Of a DNA stretch of 64,000 nucleotides, positions 1-13,138 are shown piece by piece. Each line of letters opens with the position of its first letter. Position 1 is the stretch's first letter. A program made the translations under genes and the position numbers. A model generated the notes under the pieces. The model saw only the letters and a program-made list of their open reading frames with translations. It was not told where the DNA came from and ran no database searches. This stretch comes from the human T2T-CHM13v2.0 reference genome, Homo sapiens. The stretch is from assembly GCF_009914755.1 (NCBI RefSeq), contig NC_060946.1; one strand, 5' to 3'.

Positions 1-3000
1 GTACACCAGATATATATTCTATAGTGTACATAAAAAAACAAAGTACAAAAACTATAAATTATATACTGTACATAAAATATGAAATTACATCAAATATATA
101 TTAGGTACATAAAATATGAAAGTACATCCAATATAGATTATATACTGTACATAAAATATCAATGTACCACAAATATATATTTTATACTCTACATGAAATA
201 TCAAAGTTCACAAACCATATATTATATACTGTACATAAAATATCAAAGTACCCGAGGTATATATTCTATACTGTACAAAAAATATCAAAGTACCCAAAGC
301 ATGTATTATATACTGTACGTAAAATATGAAAGTACATCAATTATATATTTTATTCTGTACATAAAATATCAAAGTACACCAGATATATATTCTATAGTGT
401 ACATAAAATATCAAAGTACCCAAACTATACATTATATACTGTACGTAAAATATGAAATTACATCAAATATATATTATATTAGGTACATAAAATATGAAAG
501 TACATCAAATATAGATTATATACTGTACATTAAATACCAAAGTACCCCAAATATATGTTTTATACTGTACATGAAATATCAAAGTTCACACACTATATAT
601 TATATACTGTACATAAAATATCAAAGTACCCAAGGTATATATTCTATACTGTACAAAAAATATCAAAGTACCCAAAGCATGTATTATAAACTGTACATAA
701 AATATGAAAGTACATCAAATATATATTTTATTTTGTACATAAAATATCAAAGTACACCAGATATATATTCTATAGTGTACATAAAATATCAAAGTACCCA
801 AACTATACATTATATACTGTACATAAAATATGAAATTACATCAAATATATATTATATTAGGTACATAAAATATGAAAGTACATCAAATATAGATTATATA
901 CTGTACATAAAATATCAAAGTACCCCAAATATATATTATATACTGTACATGAAATATCAAAGTTCACAAACTATATATTATATACTGTACATAAAATATC
1001 AAAGTACCCAAGGTATATATTCTATACTGCACAAAAAAATCAAAGTACCCAAAGCATGTATTATATACTGTATATAAAATATGAAAGTACATCAAATATA
1101 TATTTTATTCTGTACATTATATATCAAAGTACACCAGATATATATTCTATAGTGTACATAAAATAAAAAGTACACAAACTATAAATTATATACTGTACAT
1201 AAAATATGAAATTACATCAAATATATATTAGGTACATAAAATATGAAAGTACATCAAATATAGATTATATACTGTACATAAAATATCAATGTACCCAAAT
1301 ATATATTTTATACTCTACATGAAATATCAAAGTTCACAAACCATATATTGTATACTGTACATAAAATATCAAAGTACCAAAGGTATGTATTCTATACTGT
1401 ACAAAAAATATCAAAGTACCCAAAGCATGTATTATATGCTGTACATAAAATATGAAAGTACATCCAAAATATATATTTAATTCTGTACATAAAATATCAA
1501 AGTACACCAGATATATATTCTATAGTGTACATAAAATATCAAAGTACCCAAACTGTTTATTATATACTGTACATAAAATATGAAATTACATCAAATATAT
1601 ATTATATTAGGAACATAAAATACGAAAGTACATCAAATATAGATTATATAGTGTACATAAAATATCAAAGTACCCCAAATATATATTATATACTCTACAT
1701 GAAATATCAAAGTTCACAAACTATATATTATATACTGTATATAAAATATCAAAGTACCCGAGGTATATATTCTATACTGTACAAAAAACATCAAAGTACC
1801 CAAAGCATGTATTATATACTGTACATAAAATATGAAATTACATCAAATATATATTATATTAGGTACATAAAATATGAAAGTACACCAAATATAGATTATA
1901 TACTGTACATTAAATACCAAAGTACCCCAAATATATATTTTATACTGTACATGAAATATCAAAGTTCACAAACTATGTGTTATATACTGTACATAAAATA
2001 TCAAAGTACCCGAGGTATATATTCTATACTGTACAAAAAACATCAAAGTACCCAAAGCATGTATTATATACTGTACATAAAATATGAAAGTACATCAAAT
2101 ATATATTTTATTCTGTACATAAAATATCAAAGTACACCAGATATATATTCTATAGTGTACATAAAATATCAAAGTACCCAAACTATACATTATATACTGT
2201 ACATAATATATGAAATTACATCAAATATATTTTATATTAGGTACATAAAATATGAAAGTACATCAAATATAGATTATATACTGTACATTAAATACCAAAG
2301 TACCCCAAATATATATTTTATACTGTACATGAAATATCAAAGTTCACAAACTACATATTATATACTGTACATATAATATCAAAGTACCCGAGGTATATAT
2401 TCTATACTGTACAAAAAATAACAAAGTACCAAAAGCATGTAATATATACTGTACCGAAAATATGAAAGTACATCAAATATATATTTTATTCTTTACATAA
2501 AATATCAAAGTACACCAGATATATATTCTATAGTGTACATAAAATATCAAAGTACCCAAACTATACATTATATACTGTACATAAAATATGAAATTACATC
2601 AAATATATATTAGGTACATAAAATATGAAAGTACATCAAATATAGATTATATACTGTACATAAAATATCAAAGTACCCCAAATATATATTATGTACTGTA
2701 CATGAAATATCAGAGTTCACAAACTATATATTATATACTGTACATAAAATATCAAAGTACCCAAGGTATATATTCTATACTGTTCAAAAAATATCAAAGT
2801 ACCCAAAGCATGTATTATATACTGTACATAAAATATGAAAGTACATCAAATATATATTTTATTCTGTACATAATATATCAAAGTACACCAGATATATATT
2901 CTATAGTGTACATAAAATATCAAAGTACCCAAACTATTTATTATATACTGTACATGAAATATGAAATTACATCAAATATATATTATATTAGGTACATAAA

Positions 3001-4829
3001 ATATGAAAGTACATCAAATATAGATTATATACTGTACATTAAATATCAAAGTACCCAAATATATATTATATACTCTACATGAAATATCAAAGTTCACAAA
3101 CTATATATTATATACTGTACATAAAATATCAAAGTACCCAAGGTATATATTCTATACTGTACAAAAAATATCAAAGTACCCAAAGCATGTATTATGTACT
3201 GTATATAAAATATGAAATTACATCAAATATATATTTTATTCTGTATATAAAATATCAAAGTACACCAGATATATATTCTATAGTCTACATAAAATAACAA
3301 AGTAAAAAACTATAAATTATATACTGTACATAAAATATGAAATTACATCAAATATATATTAGGTACATAAAATATGAAAGTACATCAAATATAGATTATA
3401 TACTGTACATAAAATACCAATGTACCCCAAATATATATTTTATACTCTACATGAAATATCAAAGTTCACAAACTATATATTATATACTGTACATATAATA
3501 TCAAAGTACCCGAGGTATATATTCTATACTGTACACAAAATAACAAAGTACCAAAAGTATGTATTATATACTGAACCTAAAATATGAAAGTACATCAAAT
3601 ATATATTTTATTCTGTACATAAAATATCAAAGTACACCAGATATATATTCTATAGTGTACATAAAATATCAAAGTACCCAAACTATACATTATATACTGT
3701 ACATAAAATATGAAATTACATCAAATCTATATTATATTAGGTACATAAAATATGAAAGCACATCAAATATAGATTATATACTGTACATTAAATACGAAAG
3801 TACCACAAATATATATTTTATACTGTACATCAAATATCAAAGTTCACAAACTATATATTATATACTGTACATAAAATATCAAAGTACCCAAGGTATATAT
3901 TCTATACTGTACAAAAAATATCAAAGTACCCAAAGCATGTATTATATACTGTACATAAAATATGAAAGTACATCAAATATATATTTTATTCTGTACATAA
4001 AATATCAAAGTACACCAGATATATATTCTATAGTGTACATAAAATATCAAAGTACCCAAACTATACATTATATACTGTACATAAAATATGAGATTACATC
4101 AAATATATATTATATTATGTACATAAAATATGAAAGTACATCAAATATATATTTTATTCTGTACATAAAATATCAAAGTACACCAGATATATATTCTATA
4201 GTGTACATAAAATATCAAAGTAGCCAAACTATACATTATATACTGTACATAAAATATGAAATTACATCAAATATATATTATATTAGGTACATAAAATATT
4301 AAAGTACATCAAATATAGATTCTATACTGTACATAAAATATCAAAGTACCCCAAATATATATTACATACTCTACATGAAATATCAAAGTTCACAAGCTAT
4401 ATATTATATAGTGTACATAAAATATCAAAGTACCCAAGGTATATATTCTATACTGTAGAAAAAATATCAAAGTACCCAAAGCATGTATTATATACTGTAT
4501 ATAAAATATGAAAGTACATCAAATATATATTTTACTCTGTACATAAAATATCAAAGTACATCAGATATATATTCTATAGTGTACATAAAATAACAAAGAA
4601 CAGAAACTATAAATTATATACTGAACATAAAATATGAAATTACATCAAATATATATTAGGTACCTAAAATATGAAAGTACATCAAATATAGATTATATAC
4701 TGTACATTAAATACCCAAGTACCCCAAATATATATTTTATACTGTACATGAAATATCAAATTTCACAAACTATATATTATATACTGTACATAAAATATCA
4801 AAGTACCCAAGGTATATAATCTATACTGT

Positions 4830-6460
4830 ACAAAAAATATCAAAGTACCCAAAGCCTGTATTATAAACTGTACATAAAATATGAAAGTACATCAACTATA
4901 TATTTTATTCTGTACATAAAATATCAAACTACACCAGATATATATTCTATAGTGTACATAAAATATCAAAGTACCCAAACTATACATTATATACTGTACA
5001 TAAAATATGAAATTACATCAAATATATATTATATTAGGTACATAAAATATGAAAGTACATCAAATATAGATTATATACTGTACATTAAATACCCAAGTAC
5101 CCCAAATATATATTTTATACTGTACATGAAATATCAAAGTTCACAAACTATATATTATATACTGTACATAAAACATCAAAGTACCCAAGGTATATATTCT
5201 ATACTGTACAAAAAATATCAAAGTACCCAAAGCATGTATTATAAACTGTACCTAAAATATGAAAGTACATCAAATATATATTTTATTCTGTACATAAAAT
5301 ATCAAAGTACACCAGATATATATTCTATAGTGTACATAAAATATCAAAGTACCCAAACTATACATTATATACTGTACATAAAATATGAAATTACATCAAA
5401 TATATATTATATTAGGTACATAAAATATGAAAGTACATCAAATATAGAATATATACTGTACATAAAATATCAAAGTACCCCAAATATATATTATATACTC
5501 TACAGGAAATATCAAAGTTCACACACTATATATTATATACTGTACATAAAATATCAAAATACCCAAGGTATATATTCTATACTGTACAAAAAATATCAAA
5601 GTACCCAAAGAATGTATTATATACTGTATGTAAAATATGAAAGTACATCAAATATATATTTTATTCTGTACATAAAATATCAATGTACACCAGATATATA
5701 TTCTATAGTGTACATAAAATAACAAAGTACACAAACTATAAATTATATACTGTACATAAAATATGAAATTACATCAAATATATATTAGGTACATAAAATA
5801 TGAAAGTACTTCAAATATAGATTATATACTGTACTTAAAATATCAATGTACCCCAAATATATATTTTATACTCTACATGAAATATCAAAGTTCACAAACC
5901 ATATATTATATACTGTACATAAAATATCAAAGTACCCAAGGTATATATTCTATACTGTACAAAAAATATCAAAGTACCCAAAGCATGTATTATATACTGT
6001 ACATAAAATATGAAAGTACACCAAATCTATATTTTATTCTGTACATAAAATATCAAAGTACACCAGATATATATTCTATAGTGTACATAAAATATCAAAG
6101 TACCCAAACTATACATTATATACTGTACATAAAATATGAAATTACATCAAATATATATTAGGTACATAAAATATGAAAGTACATCAAATACAGATTATAT
6201 ACTGTACATAAAATATCAATGTACAACAAATATATATTTTATACTCTACATGAAATATCAAAGTTCATAAACTATATATTATATAATGTACATAAAATAT
6301 CAAAGTACCCAAGGTATATATTGTATACTGTACAAAAAATATCAAAGTACCCAAAGCATGTATTATATACTGTACATAAAATATGAAAGTACATCAAATG
6401 TATATTTTACTCTGTACATAAAATATCAAAGTACACCAGATATATATTCTATAGTGTACA
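4830..6460. repeat. ~1.6-kb block, copy 1 (copy 2 at +4000)
   Basis: Shared rare variants AAAGCCTGTA (4851/8851), ATCAACTATA (4891/8891), AGTACTTC (~5806/9806), GTACAACAAA (6221/10221), AAGTTCATAA (6261/10261), TTGTATACTG (6321/10321). Confidence 0.9.
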
Positions 6461-8829
6461 TAAAATAACAAAGTACACAAACTATACATTATATACTGTA
6501 CATAAAATATGAAATTACATCAAATATATATTATATTAGGTACATAAAATATGAAAGTACATCAAATATAGATTATATACTGTACATTAAGTACCAAAGT
6601 ATCCCAAATATATATTTTATACTGTACATGAAATATCAAAGTTCACAAACTATATATTATATACTGTACATAAAATATCAAAGTACCCAAGGTATATATT
6701 CTATACTGTACAAAAAATATCAAAGTACCCAAAGCATGTATTATAAACTGTACATAAAATATGAAAGTACGTCAAATATATATTTTATTCTGTACATAAA
6801 ATATCAAAGTACACCAGATATATATTCTATAGTGTACATAAAATAACAAAGTACACAAACTATAAATTATATACTGTACATAAAATATGAAATTACATCA
6901 AATATATATTAGGTACATAAAATATGAAAGTACATCAAATATAGATTATATACTGTTCATAAAATATCAAAATACCCCAAATATATATTATATACTGTAC
7001 ATGAAATATCAAAGTTCACAAACTATATATTATATACTGTACATAAAATATCAAAGTACCCAAGGTATATATTCGATACTGTACAAAAAATATCAAAGTA
7101 CTCAAAGCACGTATTATATACTGTACATAAAATATGAAAGTACATCAAATATATATTTTATTCTGTACATAAAATATCAAAGTACACCAGATATATATTC
7201 TATAGTGTACATAAAATATCAAAGTACCCAAACTATACATTATATACTGTACATAAAATATGAAATTACATCAAATTTATATTAGGTACATAAAATATGA
7301 AAGTACATCAAATATAGATTATATACTGTACATAAAATATCAATGTACCCCAAATATATATTTTATACTCCACATGAAATATCAAAGTTCACAAACCATA
7401 TATTATATACTGTACATAAAATATCAAAGTACCAAAGGTATATATTCTATACTGCACAAAAAATATCAAAGTACCCAAAACATGTATTATATACTGTATA
7501 TAAAATATGAAAGTACATCAAATATATATTTTATTCTGTACATAAAATATCAAAGTACACCGGATATATATTCTATAGTGTACATAAAATAACAAAGTAC
7601 ACAAAGTATAAATTATATACTGTACATAAAATATGAAATTACATCAAATATATTTTAGGTACATAAAATATGAAAGTACATCAAATATAGATTATATACT
7701 GTACATAAAATATCAAAGTAACCAAATATATATTACATAATCTACATGAAATATCAAAGTTCACAAACTATATATTATATACTGTACATAAAATATCAAA
7801 GTACACCAGATATATATTCTATAGTGTACATAAAATATCAAAGTACCCAAACTATACATTATATACTGTACATTAAATATGAAATTACATCAAATATATA
7901 TTATATTAGGTACATAAAATATGAAAGTACATCAAATATAGATTATATACTGTACATTAAATACCAAAGTACCCCAAATATATATTTTATACTGTACATG
8001 AAATATCAAAGTTCACAAACTATATATTATATACTGTACATAAAATATCAAAGTACCCAAGGTATATATTCTATACTGTACAAAAAATATCAAAGTACCC
8101 AAAGCATGTATTATAAACTGTACATAAAATATGAAAGTACATCAAATATATATTTTATTCTGTACATAAAATATCAAAGTACACCAGATATATATTCTAT
8201 AGTGTACATAAAATATCAAAGTACCCAAACTATACATTATATACTATACATAAAATATGAAATTACATCAAATATATATTATATTAGGTACATAAAATAT
8301 GAAAGTACATCAAATATAGATTATATACTGTACATAAAATATCAAAGTACCCAAATATATATTATATACTCTACATGAAATATCAAAGTTCACAAACTGT
8401 ATATTATATACTGTACATAAAATATCAAAGTACCCAAGCTATATATTCTATACTGCACAAAAAATATCAAAGTACCCAAAGCATGTATTATATACTGTAT
8501 ATAAAATATGAAAGTACATCAAATATACATTTTATTCTGTACATAAAATATCAAAGTACACCAGATATATATTCTATAGTGTACATAAAATAACAAAGTA
8601 CACAAACTATAAATTATATACTGTACATAAAATATGAAATTACATCAAATATATATTAGGTACATAAAATATGAAAGTACATCAAATATAGATTATATAC
8701 TGTACATATAATATCAATGTACCCCAAATATATATTTTGTACTCTACATGAAATATCAGAGTTCACAAACCATATATTATATACTGTACATAAAATATCA
8801 AAGTACCCAAGGTATATATTCTATACTGT

Positions 8830-10460
8830 ACAAAAAATATCAAAGTACCCAAAGCCTGTATTATAAACTGTACATAAAATATGAAAGTACATCAACTATA
8901 TATTTTATTCTGTACATAAAATATCAAAGTACACCAGATATATATTCTATAGTGTACATAAAATATCAAAGTACCCAAACTATACATTATATACTGTACA
9001 TAAAATATGAAATTACATCAAATATATATTATATTAGGTACATAAAATATGAAAGTACATCAAATATAGATTATATACTGTACATTAAATACCCAAGTAC
9101 CCCAAATATATATTTTATACTATACATGAAATATCAAAGTTCACAAACTATATATTATATACTGTACATAAAATATCAAAGTACCCAAGGTATATATTCT
9201 ATCCTGTACAAAAAATATCAAAGTACCCAAAGCATGTATTATAAACTGTACCTAAAATATGAAATTACATCAAATATATATTTTATTCTGTACATAAAAT
9301 ATCAAAGTACACCAGATATATATTCTATAGTGTACATAAAATATCAAAGTACCCAAACTATACATAATATACTGTACATAAAATATGAAATTACATCAAA
9401 TATATATTATATTAGGTACATAAAATATGAAAGTACATCAAATATAGAATATATACTGTACATAAAATATCAAAGTACCCCAAATATATATTATATACTC
9501 TACAGGAAATATCAAAGTTCACACACTATATATTATATACTGTACATAAAATATCAAAATACCCAAGGTATATATTCTATACTGTACAAAAAATATCAAA
9601 GTACCCAAAGCATGTATTATATACTGTATGTAAAATATGAAAGTACATCAAATATATATTTTATTCTGTACATAAAATATCAATGTACACCAGATATATA
9701 TTCTATAGTGTACATAAAATAACAAAGTACACAAACTATAAATTATATACTGTACATAAAATATGAAATTACATCAAATATATATTAGGTACATAAAATA
9801 TGAAAGTACTTCAAATATATATTATATACTGTACATAAAATATCAATGTACCCCAAATATATATTTTATACTCTACATGAAATATCAAAGTTCACAAACC
9901 ATATATTATATACTGTACATAAAATATCAAAGTACCCAAGGTATATATTCTATACTGTACAAAAAATATCAAAGTACCCAAAGCATGTATTATATACTGT
10001 ACATAAAATATGAAAGTACACCAAATATATATTTTATTCTGTACATAAAATATCAAAGTACACCAGATATATATTCTATAGTGTACATAAAATATCAAAG
10101 TACCCAAACTATACAATATATACTGTACATAAAATATGAAATTACATCAAATATATATTAGGTACATAAAATATGAAAGTACATCAAATATAGATTATAT
10201 ACTGTACATAAAATATCAATGTACAACAAATATATATTTTATACTCTACATGAAATATCAAAGTTCATAAACTATATATTATATAATGTACATAAAATAT
10301 CAAAGTACCCAAGGTATATATTGTATACTGTAAAAAAAATATCAAAGTACCCAAAGCATGTATTATATACTGTACATAAAATATGAAAGTACATCAAAGG
10401 TATATTTTACTCTGTACATAAAATATCAAAGTACACCAGATATATATTCTATAGTGTACA
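8830..10460. repeat. ~1.6-kb block, copy 2 (copy 1 at -4000)
   Basis: Same rare variants as 4830-6460 at an exact 4000-bp offset, with a handful of copy-specific substitutions. Confidence 0.9.
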
Positions 10461-12765
10461 TAAAATATCAAATTACCCAAACTATACATTATATACTGTA
10501 CATAAAATATGAAATTACATCAAATATATATTATATTAGGTACATAAAATATGAAAGTACATCAAATATAGATTATATACTGTACATTAAATACCAAAGT
10601 ACCCCAAATCTATATTTTATACTGTACATGAAATATCAAAGTTCACAAACTATATGTTATATACTGTACATAAAATATCAAAGTACGCAAGGTATATATT
10701 CTATACTGTACAAAAAATAACAAAGTACCAAAAGCATGTATTATATACTGTACATAAAATATGAAAGTACATCAAATATATATTTTATTCTGTACATAAA
10801 ATATCAAAGTACACCAGATATATATTCTATACTGTACATAAAATATCAAAGTACCCAAACTATACATTATATACTGTACATAAAATATGAAATTACATCA
10901 AATATATATTATATTAGGTACATAAAATATGAAAGTACATCAAATATAGATTATATACTGTACATAAAATATCAAAGTACCCCAAATATATATTATATAC
11001 TCTACAGGAAATATCAAAGTTCACACACTATATATTATATACTGTACATAAAATATCAAAATACCCAAGGTATATATTCTATACTGTACAAAAAATATCA
11101 AAGTACCCAAAGAATGTATTATATACTGTACGTAAAATATGAAAGTACATCAAATATATATTTTATTCTGTACATAAAATATCAAAGTACACCAGATATA
11201 TATTCTATAGTGTACATAAAATAACAAAGTACACAAACTATAAATTATATACTGTACATAAAATATGAAATTACATCAAATATATATTAGGTACATAAAA
11301 TATGAAAGTACATCAAATATAGATTATATACTGTACATAAAATATCAATGTACCCCAAATATATATTTTATACTCTACATGAAATATCAAAGTTCACAAA
11401 CCATATATTATATAATGTACATAAAATATCAAAGTACCCAAGGTATATATTCTATACTGTACAAAAAATATCAAAGTACCCAAAGCACGTATTATATACT
11501 GTACATAAAATATGAAAGTACACCAAATATATATTTTATTCTGTACATAAAATATCAAAGTACACCAGATATATATTCTATAGTGTACATAAAATATCAA
11601 AGTACCCAAACTATACATTATATACTGTACATAAAATATGAAATTACATCAAATATATATTAGGTACATAAAATATGAAAGTACATCAAATATAGATTAT
11701 ATACTCTACATAAATATCAATGTACAACAAATATATATTTTATACTCTACATGAAATATCAAAGTTCACAAACTATATATTATATACTGTACATAAAACA
11801 TCAAAGTACCCAAGGTATATATTCTATACTGTACAAAAAATATCAAAGTACCCAAAGCATGTATTATATACTGTACATAAAATATGAAAGTACATCAAAT
11901 ATATATTTTATTCTGTACATAAAATATCAAAGTACACCAGATATATATTCTATAGTGTACATAAAATATCAAAGAACCCAAACTATACATTATATACTGT
12001 ACATAAAATATGAAATTACATCAAATATATATTATATTAGGTACATAAAATATGAAAGTACATCAAATATAGATTATATACTGTACATTAAATACCAAAG
12101 TACCCCAAATCTATATTTTATACTGTACATGAAATATCAAAGTTCACAAACTTTATATTATATGCTGTACATATAATATCAAAGTACCCAAGGTATATAT
12201 TCTATACTGTACAAAAAATAACAAAGTACCAAAAGCATGTATTATATACTGTACCTAAAATATGAAAGTACATCAAATATATATTTTATTCTGTACATAA
12301 AATATCAAAGTACACCAGATATATATTCTATAGTGTTCATAAAATATCAAAGTACCCAAACTATACATAATATACTGTACATAAAATATGAAATTACATC
12401 AAATATATATTATATTAGGTACATAAAATATGAAAGTACATCAAATATAGATTATATACTGTACATAAAATATCAAAGTACCCCAAATATATATTATATA
12501 CTCTACAGGAAATATCAAAGTTCACACACTATATATTATATACTGTACATAAAATATCAAAATACCCAAGGTATATATTCTATACTGTACAAAAAATATC
12601 AAAGTACCCAAAGAATGTATTATATACTGTATGTAAAATATGAAAGTACATCAAATATATATTTTATTCTGTACATAAAATATCAAAGTACACCAGATAT
12701 ATATTCTATAGTGTACATAAAATAACAAAGTACACAAACTATAAATTATATACTGTACATAAAAT

Positions 12766-13138
12766 ATGAAATTACATCAAATATATATTAGGTACATAAA
12801 ATATGAAAGTACATCAAATATAGATTATATACTGTACATAAAATATCAAAGTACCCCAAATATATATTATATACTGTACATGAAATATCAAAGTTCACAA
12901 ACTATATATTATAAACTGTACATAAAATATCAAAGTACCCAAGGTATATATTCTATACTGTACAAAAAATATCAAAGTACTCAAAGCACGTATTATATAC
13001 TGTACATAAAATATGAAAGTACATCAAATATATATTTTATTCTGTACATAAAATATCAAAGTACACCAGATATATATTCTATAGTGTACATAAAATATCA
13101 AAGTACCCAAACTATACATTATATACTGTACATAAAAT
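12766..13138. repeat. Representative short (S) 373-bp HOR variant with a 5-bp deletion
   Basis: CAAATATATATTATATTAGG is shortened to CAAATATATATTAGG. Landmark spacing 12766->13139->13512 is 373. The resulting frameshift produces the MKLHQIYIRY ORF starts. Confidence 0.96.

Noticed and set aside
4830-10460. Exact 4000-bp offset as a sign of synthetic or artefactual construction
   Set aside because: The offset is fully accounted for by 11 HORs minus the observed deletions, and the copies differ at several positions.
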